This document shows, one piece after another, positions 9,275 to 18,220 of a stretch of DNA of 44,786 nucleotides (the first letter of the stretch is position 1; every line of letters begins with the position of its first letter). Source of the DNA: a virus (lineage: Duplodnaviria > Caudoviricetes); the IMG/VR virus record IMGVR_UViG_3300013829_000018, positions 1 through 44,786 of that record; one strand, 5' to 3'. The notes beneath the pieces were generated by a model. The model ran no database searches. It was not told the DNA's origin and was given only the letters and a program-made list of their open reading frames with translations. A program made the translations under genes and the position numbers.

Positions 9275-9498
9275 TGACCACGGAACGCACGCTCAACTGG
9301 AGACAGACTTGCGCCCTGCTGGGGTGCAGCCGCAGCCAGTTTTACAACCTTATAAATTCCGGCGAGTTGCCGTCTCACCGTAACGGCAGGGTCAAGGGCA
9401 TCCGCGTGCGCGAGGTAGATGCGCTGGCCTTCATGGCGCGCGGCGGGACCGAGGGGGCGGAAAGTGTTGCCCCGGAAACGATGCAAAAGCATGTCTGA
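9274..9498 (+). CDS. Small excisionase/MerR-like winged-HTH DNA-binding protein
   Basis: LNWRQTCALLGCSRSQFYNLINSGELP..GIRV pattern; GGAGG SD. Confidence 0.82.
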   Translation: MTTERTLNWRQTCALLGCSRSQFYNLINSGELPSHRNGRVKGIRVREVDALAFMARGGTEGAESVAPETMQKHV

Positions 9499-9907
9499 AA
9501 AACGCAAATCCTGCGCGTCGATTTGCCTTAAAACCAAGGCAAGTGCGCCGCACAAGTGGGAGCTGTTCGCCGCAGATCTGTGGGCGGACGGGCAACCCCA
9601 TCTGTACCGCGTGCGCGCGGGCGGCTGCTGGATGGAGGGCTACCACTCTGCGGCGGACATAGGCGAGGGCGTGGCCCGGCTGATAGGGCAGGGTGACGTC
9701 CCGGCCCCGCCGCCCCAGCTGCCGCGCGGCACCCGCGTGCGCGTGCCCAACGGGCGCATCCGCTTTGGCCGGATGATGCACGACCTTACCCACGTGGTCA
9801 CGGATGCCCCCCTGCGCGACCCGGCAGGCCGGTGGTGGGTGGGCGTGCAGCACCCCGGCGGGGGCGTCCGGCTGGTGCCGGTAGAGGATGTAACCCCCAC
9901 CGGATGA
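9491..9907 (+). CDS. Hypothetical phage protein
   Basis: ATG overlaps the upstream stop; phage-like codon usage. Confidence 0.6.
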   Translation: MSEKRKSCASICLKTKASAPHKWELFAADLWADGQPHLYRVRAGGCWMEGYHSAADIGEGVARLIGQGDVPAPPPQLPRGTRVRVPNGRIRFGRMMHDLTHVVTDAPLRDPAGRWWVGVQHPGGGVRLVPVEDVTPTG

Positions 9908-9935
9908 GAATTCGCCCCCCATTTTCTCAACGTTT

Positions 9936-10007
9936 CGTCCACCACGTCCACTACGTCCACCACGTCCACGACAAGCATGCCCGCAGCCCCGTAGGTTGCG
10001 GGCATGT
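9936..10007 (+). promoter_or_regulatory. Four 9-bp tandem repeats plus hairpin before the head operon (putative late promoter)
   Basis: CGTCCAC(C/T/C/G)A x4 at 9936-9971; 14-bp stem 9975-9988/9994-10007 contains ATG 10004; TAGGTT at 9992-9997. Confidence 0.65.
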
Positions 10008-10255
10008 CTGTCTGGACTCTTGAAGAACTCGACGCGCAGATTGCGACGTGGAAGGAGGCTCTCAATGCAGTAGCCACCGGCCGCTTCTATTCCGTGGGCG
10101 GCCAGTCCGTGTCGCACTACTCGCTGCAGGACATTCAGGACCAACTGGCCTACCTGGACGCGGAGCGCAACAAGCTGCTGGCCGCACAGTCCGGCAGGCC
10201 GCGTCGCCCAGGCCCCGTGGCCGTGCGGCCCGTCATCCTGCGGGGGCGGTGGTAG
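10004..10255 (+). CDS. Head-tail joining protein (gpW-like)
   Basis: 83 aa, EALNAVATGRFYSVGGQSV..LQDI, immediately before the portal as in lambda. Confidence 0.8.
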   Translation: MSVWTLEELDAQIATWKEALNAVATGRFYSVGGQSVSHYSLQDIQDQLAYLDAERNKLLAAQSGRPRRPGPVAVRPVILRGRW

Positions 10256-10258
10256 CCC

Positions 10259-11938
10259 ATGGCCATGCCCCGCGCCGTCCGCCCCATTCCCCACGGCAAC
10301 ATGCGCCGCGCGCGCCAGATGGCAGGCCAAATGCCCGCCATGCGCGCGGAAGGCCCGGTGGTACCGGGCGTGGTGCCCCGCGTCTCGCGCGATGCCGGAT
10401 CCTTCCGGGGGGCGCTGTCCAACTGGCTGCCCGGCCGCCCCGCGCCCGCCGCCATGTGGCGCGAACGTCAGGTGGCATCCACCCGCAGCGAAGACCTTAC
10501 CGCCAACGACTGGGCGGCCTCTTCCCTCGTCAGCAACATTACGCTCAACGCGGTGGGGGCCAACGGCCTCATGCCGTCCGCGTGCATCCCGGCAAAGATG
10601 CTGGGCATTGACGAAGACCTTGCCCGCGAGATCGGCAACGCCATGGAGGATGCATGGTGGCTGTGGTCCGAACGCGCCGGATATGACGGCCAGCCGTTCG
10701 CGGAATTGCAGTACATGGGCATGCATTCCGCACTGGTGCATGGCGAAATGGTGCATGTGCCGGTGATGGTGGACCCCGCCAGTGACGGTGGCTTCCTTGG
10801 CCTGCGCATCCAGCCCGTACACCCGCAGCGCATGTGTACGCCAGCCGACAAGCGCGGCCTGTCCACCTTCCGCGACGGCGTGGAACTGGACGCCCACGGG
10901 CGCAGCTTCGCGGGCTGGATCGCCGAGCCAAACCCCAGCCTGTACACCGGCATGCACGGGTGGGACGCGCTGGGGTCCGGTTCGTTCCGGCGCATTCCCT
11001 ATCGCGTCGGGCACCGTGTGGGCCTTTTCCACTGCTTCCGCCACACGAGCGAGGAGCAGTACCGGGGCGAGCCGGTCATCACCCCCGCGCTGAAGCTGTT
11101 CCGCCACCTTGCCGACAGCCTGGAATACGAACTCATCGGTCAGATCGTGGCCGCGTCGTTCCCGCTGGTGTTCACCAGCGGGCGCAAGGGCGGCAGCACG
11201 GACGAGATGGACGCCTTCTTCCGCAACGGCGGTGGTGCCCACGGGCCGCACGAGGAACAGGGCAACGGCAGGGAGCCCATCTACCACCAGTCGTACGCGC
11301 CAGGCCAGGTGCTCTACACCAACGAAGGCGAGGACGTGAAAGTCCCCTCCAGCGACCGGCCCGGCGCCAACTGGAACAGCTTCGTCACGTTCATCGTGCG
11401 CGCCATGGGCGCTTCGGCGGGCCTGCCGTACGAAGCCGTACTGAAAGACTTTTCCAAGACCAACTATTCCAGCGCCCGCGCGGCCCTGCTGGAAGCGTGG
11501 CGCGTGTACATGATGTGGCGCCAGTGGCAGGCCCGCCGGTACTGCCACCCCCTGTGGCGCATGGTGCAGGAAGAAGCCTTTCTGCGCGGCCACATCAAGC
11601 TGCCCCCCAACGCCCCCGGCTTTTACGAGGCCTTGCCCCTTTGGACGGCGGCCAACTGGATCGGCCCCGGTCGCGGATACGTGGACCCGGTGAAGGAAGC
11701 CGATGCCGCCATCACCATGCTGGACAACGGGCTTGCCACGTACAGCGAAATTCTTGGCGAACGCGGGCTGGACGTCGAGGACGTCTGGACCTTGCGCGGG
11801 CACGAGGACCGCATGCTGCACCGCCTTGCGCCGGAGCTGGCCGACCGCATCAATTCGCGCACCGGGGCAACTGCCCAGCGCGGCCCGTACCCCTCCGATC
11901 CCCCCGCCCAAACGCAGGAGCAGGGCCATGCCCAATAG
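10259..11938 (+). CDS. Portal protein, lambda family
   Basis: RSEDLTAN, QYRGEP, GLPYE..KDFSKTNYSSARAALLE, WIGPGRGYVDPVKEADA. Confidence 0.96.
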   Translation: MAMPRAVRPIPHGNMRRARQMAGQMPAMRAEGPVVPGVVPRVSRDAGSFRGALSNWLPGRPAPAAMWRERQVASTRSEDLTANDWAASSLVSNITLNAVGANGLMPSACIPAKMLGIDEDLAREIGNAMEDAWWLWSERAGYDGQPFAELQYMGMHSALVHGEMVHVPVMVDPASDGGFLGLRIQPVHPQRMCTPADKRGLSTFRDGVELDAHGRSFAGWIAEPNPSLYTGMHGWDALGSGSFRRIPYRVGHRVGLFHCFRHTSEEQYRGEPVITPALKLFRHLADSLEYELIGQIVAASFPLVFTSGRKGGSTDEMDAFFRNGGGAHGPHEEQGNGREPIYHQSYAPGQVLYTNEGEDVKVPSSDRPGANWNSFVTFIVRAMGASAGLPYEAVLKDFSKTNYSSARAALLEAWRVYMMWRQWQARRYCHPLWRMVQEEAFLRGHIKLPPNAPGFYEALPLWTAANWIGPGRGYVDPVKEADAAITMLDNGLATYSEILGERGLDVEDVWTLRGHEDRMLHRLAPELADRINSRTGATAQRGPYPSDPPAQTQEQGHAQ

Positions 11939-13280
11939 CCTGTTTTCCGAGCGCCTGTGGGCCATCCAGCCCGACGCCCTTGCCCCGTTCCTGTCGCACG
12001 TGCGCGGCATGATCCTTTCCCGGCCCGCCAGCCCCCCCGACAAGCTGGCGCGGCACGAACCCTCCGGCGAGTCCGCCTTGCCGCCCGCCGGAGGGTTTAC
12101 CCCGCACGCCGCCTTCGCCCTGGGGGGCGACGTGCTGCAGGACAGGCCGTACGCGGTGGTCAACGGCGTGGCCGTGCTGTCCATCCGGGGCGTGCTGTCG
12201 CAGTTCGCCGTCCGCACCTGGTGGGGCGAACTGGTGGCCACCGGCATGCTCAACCAGATTCGCCCGGCCATTGCCACCGCCCTTGCGGACAACGCCGTGA
12301 GCGCGGTGCTGCTGGACATCAACAGTCCGGGCGGCACCGTGGCGGGCATGAAGGAATTGTCCGACTTCATCGCCAGCGCGGGCAAGGCATCGGGCAAGCC
12401 CATGGCGGCATACGCCAACGGCACCATGGCTAGCGCAGCTTATTCCATTGGCGCGGCCACGGGGCGGGTGTTCGCCCCGGCCACGGCGTCTGTCGGGTCC
12501 ATCGGCATCATCAGCGTGCTGCCCAACTATGCGGGCTGGAACGAAAAGATGGGCGTTTCCTACGCCTACCTTACCGCAGGCGCGTGGAAAGCCGTGGGCA
12601 ATGAAGACAACCCGCTGACCGACCAGGAACGCGCCTACATCCAGGCGCGACTGGACACCCTTTACCAGCATTTCACCGACGGGGTGGCGTCCGGCATGGG
12701 GCTGGACGTCGCGGCCCTGGGCACGTGGGCCGATGGGCAAATCTTCATCGCGTCCGCAGCACCGCAGGGCCTCGTCACCGCCATCGTGGCCGACCTTGAA
12801 ACGGCCATCGCAACCCTTGCAAAGGAGACAACCATGGACAAGGCGACCCTTGCCGCCCAGCACCCGGAAGTGCTGGCGTCCATCACCCGCGAGGCCGCCG
12901 AACAGGCCACGGCCCAGGCCGCCACGCAACACGCCGCCCAGCTCAAGGACCGCACCGACGCCTGCGTTGCCGCCGTGCGCGCCACGGCTGGCGAAGAAGC
13001 GGCCACCCGCGTGCAGGCCCTGCTGGACCAGAACCTGACCGCCGCGCAGATCGCCGCCGTGGCCGGGCTGATGCCCGCACCCAAGCAGCCCGAAGCCGCC
13101 GCCCAGCAGGAGGGCACCGCCTCTGCCGCGCCCGCTGCCCCTGTCGCCAAATCCGAGGCGGACAAGATCCTTGAGGGCCTGGCTGGCGCACACGCTGCCC
13201 CCTTGGCCGGAGCCCCCGGCAAGCCCGGTGCCGAAACCCCCGCCCAGTTCGGCAAGCGCATGGCCGCGCTGGCCAGCTAA
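11928..13280 (+). CDS. S49 family head-maturation protease (gpC-like) with C-terminal scaffold
   Basis: LLDINSPGG, MASAAYSI, VGSIGII; Ala-rich C-terminus; SD AGGAG. Confidence 0.92.
   Translation: MPNSLFSERLWAIQPDALAPFLSHVRGMILSRPASPPDKLARHEPSGESALPPAGGFTPHAAFALGGDVLQDRPYAVVNGVAVLSIRGVLSQFAVRTWWGELVATGMLNQIRPAIATALADNAVSAVLLDINSPGGTVAGMKELSDFIASAGKASGKPMAAYANGTMASAAYSIGAATGRVFAPATASVGSIGIISVLPNYAGWNEKMGVSYAYLTAGAWKAVGNEDNPLTDQERAYIQARLDTLYQHFTDGVASGMGLDVAALGTWADGQIFIASAAPQGLVTAIVADLETAIATLAKETTMDKATLAAQHPEVLASITREAAEQATAQAATQHAAQLKDRTDACVAAVRATAGEEAATRVQALLDQNLTAAQIAAVAGLMPAPKQPEAAAQQEGTASAAPAAPVAKSEADKILEGLAGAHAAPLAGAPGKPGAETPAQFGKRMAALAS
12834..13280 (+). CDS. Nested in-frame scaffolding protein (Nu3-like)
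   Basis: AAGGAG (12822-12827) 6 nt before in-frame ATG 12834 (MDKATLAAQHPE), same layout as lambda C/Nu3. Confidence 0.7.
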   Translation: MDKATLAAQHPEVLASITREAAEQATAQAATQHAAQLKDRTDACVAAVRATAGEEAATRVQALLDQNLTAAQIAAVAGLMPAPKQPEAAAQQEGTASAAPAAPVAKSEADKILEGLAGAHAAPLAGAPGKPGAETPAQFGKRMAALAS

Positions 13281-13292
13281 CAGGAGGCCATC

Positions 13293-13685
13293 ATGGCGAA
13301 TTCCGCCGTTACCACCACCGAAGATTACGCCTTCATCCCCTTTCTGGGCGCTCATCCGCCCGTGCTGGAAGTGATCACCCTGGCGTCCACGGGCGCGCAG
13401 GTGGACATCCCTGCCGGTACGGTGCTGGGCACCGTCACCGCCAGCAACAAGCAGGTGAAGCTGGCCCCCGGCGCGTCCGACGGCAGCCAGACCCCCACCC
13501 ACATCCTGGCCGAAGACACCACCGTGCCCGCCGCTGGCGACGCCGTTTCGCGTGGCTACGTGCACGGCACGGTGCTGGACCGGGGCCTTACCTGGCCGGG
13601 CGGCATCACCGCACCGCAGAAGGCCGCCGCCATCGCCGCCCTGCGCGATGCGGGCATTTACGTCACCCTCAAGCAGCCCGCGTAG
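13293..13685 (+). CDS. Head decoration protein (gpD-like)
   Basis: AGTVLG..DGSQTP..ILAED..AIAALRDAGI; between protease and capsid genes. Confidence 0.88.
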   Translation: MANSAVTTTEDYAFIPFLGAHPPVLEVITLASTGAQVDIPAGTVLGTVTASNKQVKLAPGASDGSQTPTHILAEDTTVPAAGDAVSRGYVHGTVLDRGLTWPGGITAPQKAAAIAALRDAGIYVTLKQPA

Positions 13686-13694
13686 GAGGTCGCC

Positions 13695-14717
13695 ATGTCT
13701 ACCGCTCCCGGCTTCTGGGATTTCCGATACCTGTCCGAGGCCATTCAGGCCATGCCCGGACAGCCGAGTCTGTTGCAGCGGACCCTGTTCCGCAACCGCA
13801 ACAGCAATCCCACGACGTTCATCGAATTCCATACCGAAAAGTACAAGAACAAGGTCGTGCCCTACACCACGTCCATTGCCGGTGGCACGATCATCGACGG
13901 CACGCGCAAGAGCGCCACCACCATGAAGTGCCCCAAGCTGCGCCCCAAGATGGAGCTGAACCCGGAACAGCTCATCTCCCGGCCCTCCGGGTTCGTCCAG
14001 TACATCGTGGGCGGCCAAAGCCCGGAGCAGGCTGCGGAAAAGAACCTGGCCACGGCGCTGCGAAGCATGCGCTTCCGGCTGGACATGACCATCGAAAAGG
14101 CCTGCGCGGACATCCTGCAGGGGTCCATGACCGTTCCGGAACTGGGGCTGGTCTATGACTACGGCATGCCCGCCGGGAACAAGATCACCCTGACCGGCGG
14201 CGACCTGTGGTCCGACGACACAGCGGACATCCCCGCCCAGTTGGAAGCCTTCTGCAAGAAGGCCAAGGACCAGACCGGGTACAGTCCCAACGTGATGATT
14301 CTGGGCACCAGCGCCGCCTCGCGCATTGTCAGTCACCCCAAGATCCAGAAGGAACTGGACACCAAGCGCATGGAGTCCGGCATGCTGGCTCCGGAGTTCG
14401 GGGCCGATTTCATCGGCACGTATCGGGGCCTGCAACTGTACAAGTACGGCGGCTCGTACCTGGACGAGAACGACGTGCCCCAGGAAGTGTGGCCCGCCAA
14501 CAAGATCGCCCTCTACTCCACCATGGCCGAAGCCGTACTGGAATTCGGCCTGATTCAGGACCTGGCGGGCGGCATCGGCGGCGTGCAGGGGGAATTCTTT
14601 GGCAAGATCTACCTTGAGAATGACCCCTCGACCATGTGGCTGCTGGGTGAAACCAACCCGCTGCCCGTTATCAAGCAGCCCGCGTCCGTGGTCACGGTCG
14701 TGGTCATGAACGGCTAG
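13695..14717 (+). CDS. Major capsid protein (lambda gpE family)
   Basis: 340 aa; LQRTLF, RLDMTIEKACADIL, YDYG, DPSTMWLLGETNPLP; synteny. Confidence 0.92.
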   Translation: MSTAPGFWDFRYLSEAIQAMPGQPSLLQRTLFRNRNSNPTTFIEFHTEKYKNKVVPYTTSIAGGTIIDGTRKSATTMKCPKLRPKMELNPEQLISRPSGFVQYIVGGQSPEQAAEKNLATALRSMRFRLDMTIEKACADILQGSMTVPELGLVYDYGMPAGNKITLTGGDLWSDDTADIPAQLEAFCKKAKDQTGYSPNVMILGTSAASRIVSHPKIQKELDTKRMESGMLAPEFGADFIGTYRGLQLYKYGGSYLDENDVPQEVWPANKIALYSTMAEAVLEFGLIQDLAGGIGGVQGEFFGKIYLENDPSTMWLLGETNPLPVIKQPASVVTVVVMNG

Positions 14718-14725
14718 GAGGCCTC

Positions 14726-14965
14726 ATGGCTGCCAAGAAAGTACGCGTCCGTCTGCTGGGCGAACTGTGGGACCGCGACGCCAAGGGCGTGCGCGTCGTG
14801 CATCAGCCCAACTCCGTCATCTCCGTCCCCGCCGAAATGGCGGAACGGCTCATCACCAGCAAGTCCGCCGAACTGTACGCGGACCCGTCTGCCACCAAGG
14901 TTGCCGAGGTGGGCGACGATTCCGCCCCGCAGGCGGACGCCGCCGGGACCACCGGGCAGGGCTAG
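14726..14965 (+). CDS. Small head-associated protein (gpFI-like position)
   Basis: AGGAGG SD; directly after the capsid gene. Confidence 0.65.
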   Translation: MAAKKVRVRLLGELWDRDAKGVRVVHQPNSVISVPAEMAERLITSKSAELYADPSATKVAEVGDDSAPQADAAGTTGQG

Positions 14966-14979
14966 GCAGGGGGGAGGGC

Positions 14980-15249
14980 ATGCTGACGTTCACCCCGCTG
15001 GAACTGCTGCTGCTGACCGCGTTCGTGTCCTCCCTCACCGCCGTGTCCGTGCGCATCTGGTTGGGCAGCAAGTTCGTGCCGCGCGACCAGTGCCGCCTGC
15101 GGCACGAGGCCAGCGAGGATTCGCTCGACGGGGTGAACGCCAAGTTGACCATCCTGTTCCGCATGCTCCGCGCCCTTGTTGTCCACAGCGACATACCCAA
15201 GGACACCCAGGCGCAGATCCTGAACACCCGCGCCGACGACAAGGAGTGA
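14980..15249 (+). CDS. Single-TM membrane protein, putative holin/lysis accessory
   Basis: GGAGG SD; N-terminal TM helix then coiled coil; precedes the endolysin. Confidence 0.6.
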   Translation: MLTFTPLELLLLTAFVSSLTAVSVRIWLGSKFVPRDQCRLRHEASEDSLDGVNAKLTILFRMLRALVVHSDIPKDTQAQILNTRADDKE

Positions 15250-15251
15250 CC

Positions 15252-15746
15252 ATGGACCCCAAACAGCTCACCCAACTGATCAACGACGCGGCCACCCGCC
15301 ATGGCCTGCCGCCCGAACTGGTGGCGGCCATGGTGCGGGTGGAGAGCACGGAGAACCCCTGGGCCACCCGCTACGAACCGGGCTTCTACGCCCGCTACGT
15401 GGAAAAGAGCCCCGACGTGAAGGCCGTTTCGCCCTGTTCGCTGGATACCGAACGCCGCCTGCGCGCCACCTCCTTTGGCCTGCTTCAGGTGATGGGCCAG
15501 GTTGCGCGCGAACGGGGCTTCAAGGGGGCCTACCTCACCGAGCTGTGCGACCCGGCCACCGGGCTGGACATCGGTTGCAAGCATCTGGCCGCCTTCGCCG
15601 CCCGGTTCAAGGAGCCGTTCGGGTGGTCCGCCGTGTGCGCGGCCTACAACGGCGGTGCTGGCGCGGTGAAGGGGCACAACAACTATACCAACCCGGAATA
15701 CCCGGCCAAGGTGCTGCGCGCCCTTGGCGGCACGTGGCCCGCGTAA
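15252..15746 (+). CDS. Endolysin, lytic transglycosylase (SLT domain)
   Basis: LVAAMVRVES (catalytic Glu), SFGLLQVM, AAYNGG; AAGGAG SD. Confidence 0.92.
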   Translation: MDPKQLTQLINDAATRHGLPPELVAAMVRVESTENPWATRYEPGFYARYVEKSPDVKAVSPCSLDTERRLRATSFGLLQVMGQVARERGFKGAYLTELCDPATGLDIGCKHLAAFAARFKEPFGWSAVCAAYNGGAGAVKGHNNYTNPEYPAKVLRALGGTWPA

Positions 15747-15766
15747 CCGGGCCGAAGGGAGTACCC

Positions 15767-16366
15767 ATGTTCGACACCGAAACCATGAAGCCGCTGCTGG
15801 CCTCGCGCACCGTGTGGGGCGGCATCGTTTCCCTGCTGGTGGCCGTGCTGGCCCTGTGCGGCATCAGCCTTGACGCGGACATGCAGACCCAGCTGGTGGA
15901 CGCGGCCCTCGGCATCGGCGCGGCCATTGCCGGTGGCCTGACCATCTGGGGCCGCATCAAGGCCAAGACCGCCATCAAGCCCGTGACCATGAAGGGCGCA
16001 AATCTGTTGCTGCTGCTTGCGCTGCTGCTGCCGGTGCTGTCCCTGACCACCGGCTGCGCGCTGAAGAACCTGCAGCCCCATGAACAGGCCATGGCCGTGG
16101 GCGAGGAACTGCGCATCACCTACGTGGCCTTGCATCAGGAATATGAGCAGCTGCACGCGGCCCTGCCCGACGCCCGGCCCACGCTGGAAGCAAAGGTGGC
16201 CCCGCTGCTGGACAAGGCCAAGCTGGCCGTCATCGCCCTGCGCGAAGGGGCGGGCGCCTACGCCCGTACCAAGACCGCGCCGGGCGACTGGCTGGCCCTG
16301 AAAACCAACGCCATGCGCCTGCTGGGTGACGCCGCGGCACTTCTCGCGGCCTTCAAGGAGAGCTGA
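15767..16366 (+). CDS. Holin-like membrane domain fused to a lipoprotein-like domain (putative holin/spanin)
   Basis: Two TM helices (SRTVWGG...WGRIKA), then MKGANLLLLLALLLPVLSLTTG-C lipobox-like signal and a helical C-terminus. Confidence 0.65.
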   Translation: MFDTETMKPLLASRTVWGGIVSLLVAVLALCGISLDADMQTQLVDAALGIGAAIAGGLTIWGRIKAKTAIKPVTMKGANLLLLLALLLPVLSLTTGCALKNLQPHEQAMAVGEELRITYVALHQEYEQLHAALPDARPTLEAKVAPLLDKAKLAVIALREGAGAYARTKTAPGDWLALKTNAMRLLGDAAALLAAFKES

Positions 16367-16368
16367 CC

Positions 16369-16572
16369 ATGACGCCCGTTGAACTCATCGCGCTGCTCGA
16401 ATCCGGCCTTCGCCTTGGCCTGACCGCTGCCGAAATGGCCCAGCGCCTGTGCACGGAGCAGGGCGGCTACACCCTGCCCACCATCGAAGAGTACGAGGCC
16501 GCCACGCAGGAGCTGCGCGACATGCCCAACCTGACGCCCGCCCGCCCCGTGGGCACGGACAGCAAGGACTAG
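16369..16572 (+). CDS. Small hypothetical protein (lysis-cassette associated)
   Basis: AAGGAG SD; tightly coupled to neighbours. Confidence 0.65.
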   Translation: MTPVELIALLESGLRLGLTAAEMAQRLCTEQGGYTLPTIEEYEAATQELRDMPNLTPARPVGTDSKD

Positions 16573-16576
16573 CCCC

Positions 16577-17164
16577 ATGGCCGACAAGCGCCTCGTCCGT
16601 CTCGACAGCCACCACGCCGCCCAGGTGATGGGCGAACTGGCCGGTCGGGTGGGTTCGCTCCCGCGCGGGATGGACCTTGTGGTGGTGCGCGCCCTTAACC
16701 GGGCCGTCACCGCCTCGCGCGACGAGTCGTCCAAGGCCATCCGCATCGAGTACGCCGTGCCCGCCCGCGACGTGAAGAACACCATGTACGTGCGCAAGGC
16801 CACCCGCGCCTACAAGGTGGCCATCCTGTACGCCCTCGGGCGCATGTCCATCCCGCTCATTCGCTGGGGCGCACGCCAGACCAAGAAGGCGGTGACCGTG
16901 CTCATCCGCAAGGGCGGCGGGCGCAAGCGGGTGGTCAGCAAGGACGGCCAGAAACTGCCCGGCGTGTTCATTGCCAAGGGCGAAGTGTACGCCCGCCAGA
17001 CCACCAAGCGCACCCCCATCCGCCGTCTGTATGGGCCGTCGTTCCTGGCTTACTTCGGCAAGCCGGATGTCATCGCGGCCCAGCAGGCGCGGGCGGTGGA
17101 TGTGTTCAACACCCGCGTCATCGCAGAGGGCAATTACCTGCTGTCCAAGGAGCTTGCCGTATGA
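16577..17164 (+). CDS. Tail completion/minor tail protein (gpZ-like)
   Basis: Basic protein, RALNRA..IRIEYAV..R.PIRRLYGPS. Confidence 0.8.
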   Translation: MADKRLVRLDSHHAAQVMGELAGRVGSLPRGMDLVVVRALNRAVTASRDESSKAIRIEYAVPARDVKNTMYVRKATRAYKVAILYALGRMSIPLIRWGARQTKKAVTVLIRKGGGRKRVVSKDGQKLPGVFIAKGEVYARQTTKRTPIRRLYGPSFLAYFGKPDVIAAQQARAVDVFNTRVIAEGNYLLSKELAV

Positions 17165-17487
17165 GCCTGCGCGCCCGCGTACGCGCCGACAGCGCGCGCA
17201 TCTTCGCCGGGGGCTTCGCCGATCCGATCACCTTTCTGCCCCTGGGCGGCGACCCCATTACCGTGCGCGGCATTTGGAAGGATGGCGAGCAGCTGGTGGA
17301 CGCGGGCGACTACATGCACGTGAGCAGTGCGGCGATCACCGTCACCGTGCTGCGCACGTCGCTGCCGCAGGAGCTGGTGATCGAAGAAGACCGCGTGCAG
17401 TTCGAGGGGGCGGAATACACCGTGGCCGAGGTGTCGCCCAAGCATCCCAACATGTGGGAAGTGCGCCTGCACCGGAGGCCCGCGTGA
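17161..17487 (+). CDS. Head-tail joining protein (gpFII-like)
   Basis: 108 aa beta-rich, F..PITF..G..ITVRGI; ATGA overlap. Confidence 0.65.
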   Translation: MSLRARVRADSARIFAGGFADPITFLPLGGDPITVRGIWKDGEQLVDAGDYMHVSSAAITVTVLRTSLPQELVIEEDRVQFEGAEYTVAEVSPKHPNMWEVRLHRRPA

Positions 17488-18017
17488 GCACCCGCCAGCA
17501 GATCGTCACGGCCGTGGCCGCCATGCTGCGCACCTCGCTGCCCGCCGTGGAAGGGCGCGTGTACGCCAGCCGGGTGCGGCACATCCAAAGCGCGCGGCTG
17601 CCCTCCATCGGCGTCTACGGGCTGAAGGAAACCCCGGACGACGAAGGCACCTCGCCCCGCCGCTACACCCGCGATCTGACCTTGGCCGTGGAGGTGGTGG
17701 CCAGCGGCGAAACCATGGACGCCACGCTCAACGCCCTGTCCGACGCGGTGGAGGATACCCTTGAGGCAGACCCCACCCTGGGCGGCCTGGTCCAGGACCT
17801 GGAACTGCGCGGGGTGGAAATTTCACTGGCCGAGAAGGGCGACGAACTTGTCGGCTGCGCCCGCGTTGATGCGGGCGTGTGGTACGAGCGGCCCCGCCAG
17901 CAGCCCGAACTGGAAGACTTTGCAACCGGCGGCGTGCGCTGGGACCTGGCCCCGCAGGACGGCGCCACAGACGCCGAAGACATCATTCATCCCGAACAGC
18001 ATCCCGAACAGGAGTGA
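17484..18017 (+). CDS. Tail terminator-like protein
   Basis: RQQIV.AV..L, LPSIGVY, ADPTLGGLV; GTGA overlap with GGAGG SD. Confidence 0.7.
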   Translation: MSTRQQIVTAVAAMLRTSLPAVEGRVYASRVRHIQSARLPSIGVYGLKETPDDEGTSPRRYTRDLTLAVEVVASGETMDATLNALSDAVEDTLEADPTLGGLVQDLELRGVEISLAEKGDELVGCARVDAGVWYERPRQQPELEDFATGGVRWDLAPQDGATDAEDIIHPEQHPEQE

Positions 18018-18019
18018 CC

Positions 18020-18217
18020 ATGGCCAAGCCCGCCCCCGAAATGATCACGGTGTACCCCGTGGACGGCATCAAGGTGCGCGACCCGCAGACCAGCCAGCAC
18101 GTGCCCGATGAAGGGCTGTCCGTGGTCCGCAGCACCTACTGGTTGCGGCGCATCAACGAGGGCGACGTGACCCTCGAAAAGCCCACGGCCAAACCGGCCA
18201 AGACCGCCAAGGAGTAA
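18020..18217 (+). CDS. DUF2635/Mu gp38-like small tail protein
   Basis: P..GIKVRDP..VPDEG..V.STYWLRRI.EGDV, directly before the sheath. Confidence 0.85.
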   Translation: MAKPAPEMITVYPVDGIKVRDPQTSQHVPDEGLSVVRSTYWLRRINEGDVTLEKPTAKPAKTAKE

Positions 18218-18220
18218 GCC

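Noticed and set aside
9936-9971. Tandem repeats as a mini-CRISPR or His-rich peptide (HHVHYVHHVH, ORF 9832-10023)
   Set aside because: Units are 9 bp with no spacers and there are no cas genes; the ORF overlaps real genes and has no SD
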